DNA of 62,781 bases from a virus (Duplodnaviria; Caudoviricetes), in the IMG/VR virus record IMGVR_UViG_3300036840_000070, positions 1 through 62,781 of that record; one strand, given 5' to 3'. The translations under genes were made by a program, and so were the position numbers. The notes under the pieces are model-generated. The model ran no database searches and was not told the DNA's origin. It was given only the letters and a program-made list of their open reading frames with translations. Shown in pieces: positions 27,806 through 36,921 of this stretch (position 1 is its first letter; each line of letters opens with the position of its first letter).

Positions 27806-29872
27806 ATGGCGGCAACAGCCCGCGAGGCGTCGGTCAAGCTCACGCTCAACAACAGCCAGTTCCTCGTGACGATCAAGGACACGGGCAACGAGGTGGAGAA
27901 GCTGGGTAAGAAGGGCAAGCGTGCGATGAGCCTGATCGGCGAAGGCCTGGGCGGCGCGAAGCGCGCGCTCGGTGACCTGGCGGGCGGGCTCAAAACCACG
28001 CTCGGGATGGCGGCCACGTTCGGCGGTGCCTTCAGCGCGGGCGCTGCGGTCAAAAACGCGCTGAGCCTGCGCGCCCGCTACAACGAGCTGGCCTTCCAAA
28101 TCCAGACGGCAACGGGTGAGACCACGACCTTCGCCGACGTGCAGCGCGTTGCGGAGCGCGCGGCAGCGAACACCGGGCGCAGCACGGAGGAGATGACCAC
28201 GGCATTTGCCGAGCTGGTGCAAGCGACGGGGGATGTGAACTTCGCGCGCGCCGCGCTGCAGGCGGTGGGCACCACCGCGATGGCCACGGGCAAGAGCCTC
28301 GCGAGCATCGGCACCGTTGCCGATCAGATTCACACGAAGTTTGGCGTGAGCGCGGAGGGCATGCAGGACGCGCTGGCGCAGGTGTTCGAAGCCTCCACGA
28401 AGGGCGGGCCCGCGTTCGATGAATTCGCGGACGTCATGGGTGGCGTGGGCGCCGAGCTCATCGCGGCGGGGCTCGAGGGGCAGCGCGGTTTAGACTTCAT
28501 GCTGGGCGCGCTGGTGCAGACCGACGATCGCCTAAAGAGTCTGCCGGCGCAGGTCAAGGGCTTGAAGGCAGTCCTGCGCGGGCTCGGTGACGCGGGCGAT
28601 CTGACGAAGCTGGCGCAGCGCATCGGGCTCGATCCGAAGAAGCTGATCAACGAGAAGGATGCCATCGCACGATTGCGCCGAGTGCTCAGCACCGGGAAGA
28701 AGGGCGTCGATGCCCTCATGCGCAGCATGAACGAAGGCGAGGAGAAGGAGGTGATGAAGATCCTCTTTACCGACCCATTCGAGCAGGCGCTGCGCGACGC
28801 GAACGCCAGCGGCGCGAAGGGAAGGGCAGCGATTGATAAAGCCCTCGCCACCTTCGATGCGCAGATCGGCAGCTTCGGCAAAGCCACGCTGAGCGGCGCG
28901 GCGCTGGTGGAGCGCGCGAACCGCAACCGCGAAAGCCCCGAGGCACGTCTCAACGAAGCGCTCGATCGGCTGCAGCAACGCTTCAGCGATCCGAAGATCA
29001 TCGGCGCGATCGGCAAGCTGGCTGAGCACCTGCCGCGGCTCGCGGAGCTGTTCGGCAACCTGGTCTCGTTCGCTGCGGAAAGCCCGGTCCTTGCCACCAG
29101 CCTGGTGCTCGCGGGCAAGGCAGCCACGGGCTTCGCGCAGGATCTGGCGGGCGCTGCCATCAAACAGCTGGTGACGGGAGCCGCGGGAGCCGCGGGAGCG
29201 GGCGCTGCGGGAGCCGCAGGGGCGGCTGGCGCGGGCGCTGCAGGGGCGGCGGGTGCCGGTGCCGGCGGCGCGCTCGCTGCGCTGGCAGCGCCGGCAGCGA
29301 TCCTCGCGGCTGCAGCGGCCACCTTCGCCATCGGGGCCGAACAGATCGACAACGCCTATGACAAGGAGGCTGACGTCGTCAAAGAGCTGATCGAAGCCAC
29401 CACCGCCGCCGGCAACCGTGGCTCGCTGCAGCAGATGCGCCAGCAGCTGCAGCGGCTCGAGGCCGCGCGCGCCAGCGCCACGAAGGCGGACGTGGGCGGT
29501 GGCGTGGTCGACTGGATCGGTGATGTGGTCACCGGCCGCGATTCGAAGCTCGAGAACAACGAGCGGATGGCGGAGGCGGAATTCGCAGGCAACCGACTGC
29601 GGCGCATGATCCAAGAGCGCGAAGCATTGGAAGCGCGCCGCGCGGCGGCGCCCGTGGCGGAAGCCACGCCTTCGAAGCCCGCGCCCGTGAAGCTCGATGA
29701 CAACGCGGGCAAGATGATCGGTGACGCGGTGGGCACGTCGCTCGGCGGTAAGATCCTGACGGTGCGCATCGCAAACGCCGGTGAGGTGGGCCTCGGGCGC
29801 GCCAGCGCAGGTCCGGGTGGCAGCCGTGGCCCGATGGTGGTGCCGCGGCCCACGCAGGGTGGAGGCTATTGA
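27806..29872 (+). CDS. Tape measure protein
   Basis: 688 aa Ala/Gly-rich helical; position. Confidence 0.88.
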   Translation: MAATAREASVKLTLNNSQFLVTIKDTGNEVEKLGKKGKRAMSLIGEGLGGAKRALGDLAGGLKTTLGMAATFGGAFSAGAAVKNALSLRARYNELAFQIQTATGETTTFADVQRVAERAAANTGRSTEEMTTAFAELVQATGDVNFARAALQAVGTTAMATGKSLASIGTVADQIHTKFGVSAEGMQDALAQVFEASTKGGPAFDEFADVMGGVGAELIAAGLEGQRGLDFMLGALVQTDDRLKSLPAQVKGLKAVLRGLGDAGDLTKLAQRIGLDPKKLINEKDAIARLRRVLSTGKKGVDALMRSMNEGEEKEVMKILFTDPFEQALRDANASGAKGRAAIDKALATFDAQIGSFGKATLSGAALVERANRNRESPEARLNEALDRLQQRFSDPKIIGAIGKLAEHLPRLAELFGNLVSFAAESPVLATSLVLAGKAATGFAQDLAGAAIKQLVTGAAGAAGAGAAGAAGAAGAGAAGAAGAGAGGALAALAAPAAILAAAAATFAIGAEQIDNAYDKEADVVKELIEATTAAGNRGSLQQMRQQLQRLEAARASATKADVGGGVVDWIGDVVTGRDSKLENNERMAEAEFAGNRLRRMIQEREALEARRAAAPVAEATPSKPAPVKLDDNAGKMIGDAVGTSLGGKILTVRIANAGEVGLGRASAGPGGSRGPMVVPRPTQGGGY

Positions 29873-30816
29873 TGGGTGAGATCTTCTCCAGGTATCCGAT
29901 CGCCACGTGGAAGGTCGGCACGCAGCCGCCGATCAGCTTCCCCGTGCTGGCCATCACCGAGACGGGGGGCAACCGCATCGTGCAACACGAGCGCCCCTTC
30001 CGCGATGGCGCGAAGCTCGACGACACGGGCGCGAAGGCGCGCACGTGGTCGTTCACGATCGTATTCAACAACAGCCTAGAGGAGGGCGTGCAGGATGGCG
30101 TGCCGCTCTACCCGCAGGTGCTGCGGCGCCTGCTGCGGAGCTTCGATCAGCATGAGACGGGCACGCTGACGCTGCCCACCGTGGGCGATGTGCGGGCGCG
30201 CGCGCAGGACTACACGCGCCGTGAAACGCCCGACGAAGATGACCAGGCCACGCTGGACGTGGTGTTCGTGGAAGACAACGAAGATGCGCTCGATCGCGCG
30301 CAGCTCAATCCGCCCGCCGTGGTCAGCACCGTGCGCAAGCTGGCTGAGCAGACCGTCTTCAGCGCGAAGAAGAGCGGCGTGTGGAGTGACGACCTGGCCA
30401 CGCTGCCCGAGGTGGCCAGCGAAATCGAAGGGCTGATCCGCGCCCCGGGGCGATCGGCGGCTGACCTGGGCGCGATGGTTCGCTCGCACCGCCGCGCCCT
30501 CGAGCGCCTCGCGAACGCGGCAGCCGAAGAAGCCGCCACGTCGGGAGGGCTGTTTGCCGATCCGCGCGGCAGCGAAACGCCGCGGCAGATCAACACGATG
30601 ATCGATCGCGAAGCGCAGGCCGAGGATGAACGCCTCGCGAGCCGCCCGCGCACGAAGGCGTTCGTGATCGATGTGGAGCGCACGTCCATCTTCGAGATCG
30701 CAGCGCGGCTCAATCAGGACGCGGAGGATCTGCTCGAGCTCAACAGCGCGCGCATCGATGACCCATTCCTCCTCGACCGTGGCATGGTGATCCGCGTGTT
30801 TGAGACCGCCGCATGA
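29869..30816 (+). CDS. DNA circularisation protein N-like tail protein
   Basis: GG.R.V.HE.P.RDG...DD.G...R, G.L..PT.G; LysM-like C-terminus. Confidence 0.8.
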   Translation: MMGEIFSRYPIATWKVGTQPPISFPVLAITETGGNRIVQHERPFRDGAKLDDTGAKARTWSFTIVFNNSLEEGVQDGVPLYPQVLRRLLRSFDQHETGTLTLPTVGDVRARAQDYTRRETPDEDDQATLDVVFVEDNEDALDRAQLNPPAVVSTVRKLAEQTVFSAKKSGVWSDDLATLPEVASEIEGLIRAPGRSAADLGAMVRSHRRALERLANAAAEEAATSGGLFADPRGSETPRQINTMIDREAQAEDERLASRPRTKAFVIDVERTSIFEIAARLNQDAEDLLELNSARIDDPFLLDRGMVIRVFETAA

Positions 30817-31961
30817 GCCGCAGCCCGCTGGACATCGTGAAGGTGAACGCGCTCGGCGTGCCCGAAGACGCGACCAATTTCGACTTCAATTTCCAAGACT
30901 GGACCAGCTTCCAGATCAAAAGCTCGATCGTGGCGCCCGCGGAGGCCAGCTTCGAGCTGGGTGACGATACGGGCTGGGATCGCGTGAGCCAGCTCTGCCA
31001 GCTGGGCGCGCAGTTCGTGGTGATGGTGGATGACCGCGCCCGCATGGTGGGGCGCGTCGAAGCGCTGAGCTCCGCCAGCGACGCGCGGCAAAGCACGGTG
31101 CAGTCCTTCGTGATCCGCACGAAGCTGTCGGACGCGCTGTATTCGTCAGCGCCGCAGGGCATCCGCCTGAAGCGCGCGTCCATCAAAGACTTCGTGCTCG
31201 CGTGCTACGAGGGCATCGGGCTGCGCGAGGCTGACTTCATCTTCGATGCTGACGTGAGCCGGGATCTGATGACCGGGCGCACGAGCAGCGGCAGCAAGAC
31301 CGCGCCTGAGCTCGAGCCGCTGACGGAGGAGCAGGCGAAGGTCAACCCGCCCGAGACGATCTACGCCGCGGTCGATCGGCACCTGCGCCGGCACGGGCTC
31401 TTGCACTGGGATGGCCCCGACGGACGCGTGGTGGTGAGCGCACCCGATGACCAGCAGGACGCGATCAGCAGGCTGCGCTCGCTCCGCCCGCCGCATGGGC
31501 AATTCAACAACGTGGTGAGCGTCGATCGGCAGCAGGACGTATCGCAGTCGCCCACCGTGCTGGGCGTGTTCGGCGTGGGCGGCGCGCGTGACTTCAGCAA
31601 GACGAAGGTGGCCACGACCCTCTTCAACGCTGACCTGATCACGCGGGGCTTTCGCCGCACGGTGGTGATCCTCGATGAAGCGCTGAAGACGAAGCGCGTA
31701 GCGGGCGCGCGCGCCAACCGTGAGTTTGCCCTGCGCAACCGCGGGCTCGATCGGCTGACGGTCGTCGTGGATGGGCTGTCGTATCGCGAGGGCGCGGAGC
31801 TGCTGCCGTGGTCACCGGACACCACGGTGGACGTGCTCATCGAACAGCTCGGCGGCGCGCTGGGCAGCTACTACGTGGAGGAGGTGGACATGCAGCGCAA
31901 CGCTTCCGCCAGCGACACCACGCGGCTGACGCTGGTGCGTCAGGGCGTCTGGGTGCTGTGA
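30813..31961 (+). CDS. Baseplate hub (Mu gpP-like)
   Basis: W.SF.I.S.....A..F.L, V.PPET, W.PD..V; synteny. Confidence 0.8.
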   Translation: MSRSPLDIVKVNALGVPEDATNFDFNFQDWTSFQIKSSIVAPAEASFELGDDTGWDRVSQLCQLGAQFVVMVDDRARMVGRVEALSSASDARQSTVQSFVIRTKLSDALYSSAPQGIRLKRASIKDFVLACYEGIGLREADFIFDADVSRDLMTGRTSSGSKTAPELEPLTEEQAKVNPPETIYAAVDRHLRRHGLLHWDGPDGRVVVSAPDDQQDAISRLRSLRPPHGQFNNVVSVDRQQDVSQSPTVLGVFGVGGARDFSKTKVATTLFNADLITRGFRRTVVILDEALKTKRVAGARANREFALRNRGLDRLTVVVDGLSYREGAELLPWSPDTTVDVLIEQLGGALGSYYVEEVDMQRNASASDTTRLTLVRQGVWVL

Positions 31962-32130
31962 GCCCCCAAAAGCCGAAGGCCCACCCGCAATGGGTGGGCC
32001 CTCGATGGATCCGTGCGTTCGCTTCGCGTCAATGGAGCCGGGCGGAATCTCGGTTGACCGCCGCGGAGGTTCCCGCCGAGCCAGGCCCCCCGCTATTACC
32101 GCAAATCGGGGCGGTATGGCCATGGCGAAT

Positions 32131-32451
32131 TCATCGAGGCGGCCGTCCGCGCGGAGGCGCCTGGCTGCCCGCAGGAGCGCCCTTCTGACCGGGGGCACCG
32201 ACGTGACGCCCGGCGGCTGGCGGCGCGCCAGGCGGGCGCTGGTGCAGGCCCTCACGCGGTGGCAGCTTCGGGGGGCGGTCGGCAGCTTCCTCGGCGGTCA
32301 GCGCGCTGCCGTCCCATAGCGCCCCGCAGTCGCGGCAGCGCTGGTGCTGGCTGCCCTGGGCATCGGGATCTCGGGAGCGCGGATCGTTCACCACCTCGAG
32401 CGCTTCGGAGCGGCAGTTGCCGCAGCACGGCCGCCACTCACCCGTTGCCAT
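32131..32451 (-). CDS. Possible zinc-ribbon protein beside the origin
   Basis: CGNC...CRDCG; low-complexity tail. Confidence 0.4.
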   Translation of the reverse strand: MATGEWRPCCGNCRSEALEVVNDPRSRDPDAQGSQHQRCRDCGALWDGSALTAEEAADRPPKLPPREGLHQRPPGAPPAAGRHVGAPGQKGAPAGSQAPPRGRPPR

Positions 32452-32660
32452 GGCTGGCAGTGTGCAGCGCCGATCGCGACCTGACAACGCGTCCCGAGCC
32501 CCCGCGCGCGTGCCCGCTTCCATCCTGTCACGCGTCCAGATTTTAAAGCTCGGGTCCGGATCCGGATCAAGAGGGCGCTGACGTAGTGCCAAGACTTCGC
32601 GCGCGCGCCCGCGGAAATGAGGTGTTTTGGGCTGCGCCGTGCTCGGCGGGGCGCAGCTCT

Positions 32661-32848
32661 GGTGGCTCAGAAGCCCAGCCCCGGTGGCTCAGAAGCCCAC
32701 CGAAAATGGGCCTGCGGTGGCTCAGAAGCCCAGCCCCGGTGGCTCAGAAGCCCAGGCTCGAAAATACCAGCCCCCGATCCCTCAAATGCCCAGCAGCAAG
32801 ATCCCTCAAATGCCCAAGGCGGCTCCGTGCCGGTGGCTCAGAAGCCCA
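32661..32848 (+). repeat. Iteron cluster (plasmid oriV)
   Basis: GGTGGCTCAGAAGCCCA at 32661, 32683, 32716, 32738, 32832; variant GATCCCTCAAATGCCCA at 32776 and 32800; 22/33-bp phasing. Confidence 0.88.
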
Positions 32849-32931
32849 GCCAAAAATGCCTGAAATGGTGTGAAATATACCCGCGGGCCAGCGGCCCTGG
32901 TAGATCGCAGGCCCACGCAATGGAGGCGCCC

Positions 32932-33825
32932 ATGGCTAGGATTCCACCCGATCCCGTTATCGAAAGGCTGGCGAGCGAAGCCCAGGCTCAGCAGGAAGCG
33001 ATGCGCGCTGCGCTCGAGGAAGCCCGGGAACGGGCGCGCGTGTATCAGCTTGCCTTCTGGCCCGATCACGAGCGGGCCATGCCTGGTGACTTCATCGCGT
33101 GCGCCCTATTCACCGCGAGCCGAGCGACTGCCTTCGTCACGCGGTCACAGCTGGCCAGCATCAATGGCCTGAGCGTACTCTTCACCGGCAAGCGGCTGAC
33201 TCAGGTCCATGCTGACGTCTGGATGGGCATCATGCATCTAGCCCGCCAGCGGCGCGAAGGTGACGTGGTCTGGTTCCGCGATCGGCAACTGCTCGAGCTC
33301 ATCGGACGGCACACGCACCAGGGTCAACGTGAGCAGCTGAAGGACTGGCTATCGCAGCTCACGGCAACCGAGGTGCTCGTGCAGGATGACGTCCGAGGGC
33401 GCCGTTTCGGCGGATCGCTGCTGCCGTGGCGGGTCGAAGCGGACGCTGACGGGAACACGATCTATGCGGTCGACATCAGCCGCGAACTGGCAAAGCTGCT
33501 GTCCGAGCGCCAACCGATGATCGATTGGGAGCTGCGCAAACGGCTGCAAAACAAGCCGCTGGCGCTTTGGTTGCAGACTTACTTCGCGCGATTCAGCAAA
33601 CCGGTCTCGGTGGCGCAGCTGCACGCGCTGTCCGGATCCACTGCGCAGCTCAAAGAATTTCGGCGCAAGCTCACGCGCGCGTTGAAGGATCTGCAGGTAG
33701 CTGGCGGACCCAGCGCTGGCATCGAGCGCGGCGCCGACACCGTGGTGATCTTCCGCCCCGTGACGCGTCCGCGGCGCGTCCGCCATGAAGGCCAGGCGGT
33801 GCTGCCCTTCGCGAAGCCCCGGTGA
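32932..33825 (+). CDS. trfA: TrfA-family plasmid replication initiator
   Basis: QL.FWPD..RAMP.DF...ALFT, FTG.RL.Q...DVW, IDW..R..L..KPLA.WL, L..LSGS....KEFR; GGAGG RBS; iterons upstream. Confidence 0.85.
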   Translation: MARIPPDPVIERLASEAQAQQEAMRAALEEARERARVYQLAFWPDHERAMPGDFIACALFTASRATAFVTRSQLASINGLSVLFTGKRLTQVHADVWMGIMHLARQRREGDVVWFRDRQLLELIGRHTHQGQREQLKDWLSQLTATEVLVQDDVRGRRFGGSLLPWRVEADADGNTIYAVDISRELAKLLSERQPMIDWELRKRLQNKPLALWLQTYFARFSKPVSVAQLHALSGSTAQLKEFRRKLTRALKDLQVAGGPSAGIERGADTVVIFRPVTRPRRVRHEGQAVLPFAKPR

Positions 33826-33831
33826 TACTCT
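33822..33831 (+). promoter_or_regulatory. GTGATAnnnT element
   Basis: GTGATACTCT before the spike gene. Confidence 0.55.
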
Positions 33832-33840
33832 GCGCGTGAG

Positions 33841-34620
33841 GTGAGCGCGCTCAATCAGTTCGTCGAATTCTGCAAGGTGGTGAGCTCGGCCGTGATCGGC
33901 TCGAACGCAGCCGTCGTGCAGAACGTGACCGGCGCGGGGGGCTTCGCCATGGACGAAGATGGCAATGTGACGGGCGAAGACGAATCGGACGACGGCGGGG
34001 AGCAGGGGCACGAGCAGGAAACCTTCGGCGCGCTGGGCATCGTGGCGCGCCCGCTGCCACCCGAAGGTGACCTATTCGCGGAGGCCCTGGCGCTGCGCAC
34101 CGATGACGGGCTGATCCCCTACGCCTATCGCGACCTGCGCCTGCATCGAGCGCTGAACCCTGGCGGGGATCCGGTGACGCCCGCCGAGGGGCAGATCATG
34201 CTGGTGGGCTACGGAGGCGCCTTCCTCTCGCACGCGATGACCGCGGGCAACGTGGGCTCGAGGCGCGGCAACGTGACCACGCTTTACGTGCCGTACGATT
34301 TCGACGGCTCGGGTGTGCCTCAGAAGGCGCACGCGATCAGCATCGATCCCACCACGGGCAACAGCTCGATCACCTTCGTGCACGGTGATGGCGTGTTCCT
34401 GAGCCTCACCGATGACGCGGGCGCGGGCGGGCCCGGCATCGTGTGGGCGATCGACGGCTCCACCTTCGGGCGCATCAGCGCCGGTGAATTCGTGGTGAAT
34501 GCGGCGAAGATCGCGCTCAAAGGCAACGTCTACCTGGGCGCGCAGGCAGAGGCTGGCGTGCCGCTGCTGCCCGGCGTGGCCTCACCGCCAGGCCCCAGCG
34601 TCTTCATCTCACCGGCGTGA
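33841..34620 (+). CDS. Baseplate spike/assembly protein (Mu gp45-like)
   Basis: G..ARP.P, D.R, GQ..L motifs; beta-rich C-terminus. Confidence 0.7.
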   Translation: MSALNQFVEFCKVVSSAVIGSNAAVVQNVTGAGGFAMDEDGNVTGEDESDDGGEQGHEQETFGALGIVARPLPPEGDLFAEALALRTDDGLIPYAYRDLRLHRALNPGGDPVTPAEGQIMLVGYGGAFLSHAMTAGNVGSRRGNVTTLYVPYDFDGSGVPQKAHAISIDPTTGNSSITFVHGDGVFLSLTDDAGAGGPGIVWAIDGSTFGRISAGEFVVNAAKIALKGNVYLGAQAEAGVPLLPGVASPPGPSVFISPA

Positions 34621-34626
34621 TAGACT
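34617..34626 (+). promoter_or_regulatory. GTGATAnnnT element, leaderless spacing to ATG 34633
   Basis: GTGATAGACT-gcccgc-ATG. Confidence 0.55.
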
Positions 34627-34632
34627 GCCCGC

Positions 34633-34956
34633 ATGGCGTTGCTTGCGGGAAGCGTCAGCATCAATAGCGGCACGGGTGCAGCCACGGGCACGGGGCTGGC
34701 TAAGGAGCTGTACGATGCGCTCGCGGCGGCGCTGCAGGTCACGCCCGCCCAGGTGCCGCAGAACGTGCCGAAGGCGCAGCAGCAGGTGGCGCTCATCGCA
34801 GGCACCATCGCCAGCGTGGTGGTGGCGCACATCAAAGCGAACGCCGTGGTGACCAGCACCGTCGCTGCCGGGATCGCGGTGAGCACCACCGGCACCGCCG
34901 CCGCGCAGACGGGCACCACCACCGCCACCGGCAGCGCCACAGGGACGATCGCGTGA
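34633..34956 (+). CDS. Spike-associated small protein
   Basis: Thr/Gly/Ala-rich C-terminus; follows the spike. Confidence 0.65.
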   Translation: MALLAGSVSINSGTGAATGTGLAKELYDALAAALQVTPAQVPQNVPKAQQQVALIAGTIASVVVAHIKANAVVTSTVAAGIAVSTTGTAAAQTGTTTATGSATGTIA

Positions 34957-35135
34957 TGGGTGCCGGGACGGTCTTCGTGCTGATGGCGATCGTCGCGCTG
35001 GCGCTGGCGTGGCCGTGGATCAAGCGCCGTCACGCCTATGGCGAGTGTGACCACTGCGGCGCGCCCATCCCCCGCGTCGGGCCCTGGTTCGCCAAACGCC
35101 GCGTGCAGGCCATCTGCGATGACTGCCTGCGCTGA
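34953..35135 (+). CDS. Small TM plus zinc-ribbon protein
   Basis: Hydrophobic N-terminus; CDHC...CDDC. Confidence 0.55.
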   Translation: MMGAGTVFVLMAIVALALAWPWIKRRHAYGECDHCGAPIPRVGPWFAKRRVQAICDDCLR

Positions 35136-35136
35136 C

Positions 35137-35174
35137 GCACGTCCGTGCATCCGTGCATCCGTGCATAGGTGCAA
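35137..35174 (-). repeat. GCAC-box array 3 (mostly inverted)
   Basis: gcacgt ccgtgcat ccgtgcat ccgtgcat aggtgcaa. Confidence 0.8.
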
Positions 35175-35513
35175 CCGGTGAGCTGTGCATTCCCCGCGCT
35201 GCCCAGTCTGGCCTTTGCGCTGCCCAGCGTGGCGCTGCCCTCCCTGCCGGCGCTGCCCGGGTTGCCCAGCGTGGGCGTGCCCGGGATGACGCTGCCGGGG
35301 TTGCCGGCGCTGCCGAGCCTGGGCTTCGCGATCCCATCGGTCGCGCTGCCGGCGTTGCCCTCGCTGCCCTCGCTGCCCAGCATCTCCATCCCCGGCGTGA
35401 GCCTGCCGGGCATGCCTTCGCTGCCGACGCTGGGCTTCACGCTGCCGAGCGTTGCGTTGCCGGCGCTGCCTTCGCTGCCGGGCATCCCCACGCCGTTCTG
35501 CCCGCTGTCGTAG
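35169..35513 (+). CDS. Uncharged Pro/Leu-rich repeat protein
   Basis: About 2.6 copies of a 37-aa repeat with synonymous variation; one Cys near each end. Confidence 0.7.
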   Translation: MQPVSCAFPALPSLAFALPSVALPSLPALPGLPSVGVPGMTLPGLPALPSLGFAIPSVALPALPSLPSLPSISIPGVSLPGMPSLPTLGFTLPSVALPALPSLPGIPTPFCPLS

Positions 35514-35713
35514 CAAACGAGCGAAAATAAATTTCCGCGATCCGATCATGGATCGCGCGCGCGCAAGATTCATCGAGCGGTAGGGAAGAGCGCACATGGA
35601 TCGGATGTGATCTCACCGCGCCGCGCGCGGGCTTAAGCCGTGCAAATGAAGCGCTGCTGCCCTGCCGTTCTGAACGGCAGCACCTCCAAACCGAAAGGGC
35701 GTCGAGGTTTCAT

Positions 35714-36301
35714 ATGGCACGCAGCGTTTCATCCCTCATCGACAAGCGGAAGCTCTCGGGTCGCGCGCACTACCGCATGACCGCGGTTAGCGGTCTCATC
35801 ACCGGCGTGGTCGCGGGCACCGCCACCGCCGGGCATCTATTCGTCTTTCGCAACCCGAGCTCATCGGTGCTGCTCTACGTCACCCGAGCGCGCTTCGGCT
35901 GGTACACCACGACGGGCTTCACCGCGGCGCAGGAGATGGCGCTCGAGCTATTCCGCGCCAGCAGCTACAGCGCGGCGCACACGGGCGGCACCGCGGTGAC
36001 GGCGCAGAAGCGCAAGACGTCCTATGCAGCGTCGGCCGCGACCGCGCGCATCGCCACGACGGGTGAGCTCACCGCCGGCACGCACACGCTCGGATCCCAG
36101 CCGCTGCTCCGGCGCGGCGTGGTGGAGCTGGCGGACGGCGCGGCGGTGGTCAAGCGGACCTTCGATCTGGACTGGATCCCGCGTGATGATCATCCGGAGG
36201 CGCTGGCGCAGAACGAAGGCCTGATCCTGCGCAACGCGGTGGCCATGGGAGCCGCCGGCGTGGGCCGCTTGGTTGCCGAGATCGATTACTTCGAGCGCTG
36301 A
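35714..36301 (+). CDS. Putative virion appendage protein, paralog 1
   Basis: Beta-rich; aligns with the next gene over its full length. Confidence 0.7.
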   Translation: MARSVSSLIDKRKLSGRAHYRMTAVSGLITGVVAGTATAGHLFVFRNPSSSVLLYVTRARFGWYTTTGFTAAQEMALELFRASSYSAAHTGGTAVTAQKRKTSYAASAATARIATTGELTAGTHTLGSQPLLRRGVVELADGAAVVKRTFDLDWIPRDDHPEALAQNEGLILRNAVAMGAAGVGRLVAEIDYFER

Positions 36302-36312
36302 GCGGAGGCACC

Positions 36313-36921
36313 GTGGCGGCGCCTAAGTTCTATCTGCTCGATCGCGATCGGTTGACGAACGCGAGCTTTTACATTCTGACGGCTTCGAGCGGCACGCTGA
36401 GCGGCATCGCTGCCGGCACCACCACCGCGGGGCATCTGTTCGCTGCGCGCTACAACCCGAGCGGCGCAGGTGCCAGCAAGCTGTTTCACGTCACCTGGCT
36501 GCGCTTCGTGTGGCAGACGATCGCGGGCTTCACGTCAGCGCAGGAGGTGGCTCTCGCGGCGTACAAGCTGACGAGCTACAGCGCGGCGCACACCGGGGGC
36601 AACGCGGCCACGCCGCTCGCGCTGGCCCCCGGCTACGGCGCAGCGCAGCTCACCGCGCGCATGGCATCGAGCGCCGAGCTCACGGTGGGCACGCAGACGA
36701 TCGGCAGCCTGCTGGCGCGCGGGAACTTCGCCGAGCTGGCGGCAGCGGCCACGGTGGTTAAGGGCTTCGTGGACGAACAGCTGCCGCTGATCGATGACCC
36801 GCATCCCGTCATCGTGCTGGCCGCCAACGAAGGCATCCTCGTGCGCAACGAGGTGGCGATGGGCGCGGGTGGCACCGGCAGGCTGATGGTGCAAATCGGC
36901 GGTTACGAGCGTGCCGCCTAG
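36313..36921 (+). CDS. Putative virion appendage protein, paralog 2
   Basis: Shared TAGHLF, SYSAAHTGG, LA.NEG..RN.VAMGA.G.GRL, (F/Y)ER end. Confidence 0.7.
   Translation: MAAPKFYLLDRDRLTNASFYILTASSGTLSGIAAGTTTAGHLFAARYNPSGAGASKLFHVTWLRFVWQTIAGFTSAQEVALAAYKLTSYSAAHTGGNAATPLALAPGYGAAQLTARMASSAELTVGTQTIGSLLARGNFAELAAAATVVKGFVDEQLPLIDDPHPVIVLAANEGILVRNEVAMGAGGTGRLMVQIGGYERAA

Noticed and set aside
29177-29270. GC-rich repeat in the tape measure gene
   Set aside because: Encodes an ordinary Gly-Ala linker
32555-32568. tccggatccgga palindrome as a telomere resolution site
   Set aside because: Too short and no protelomerase recognised
32661-32848. Possible mini-CRISPR array
   Set aside because: Repeats are 17 bp with mostly 5-21 bp gaps in helical phase beside a Rep gene; they fit iterons
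35655-35713. c-di-GMP-I riboswitch (aaaccgaaagg)
   Set aside because: Lacks the GGCAAACC and GACGCAAAG context and the second stem
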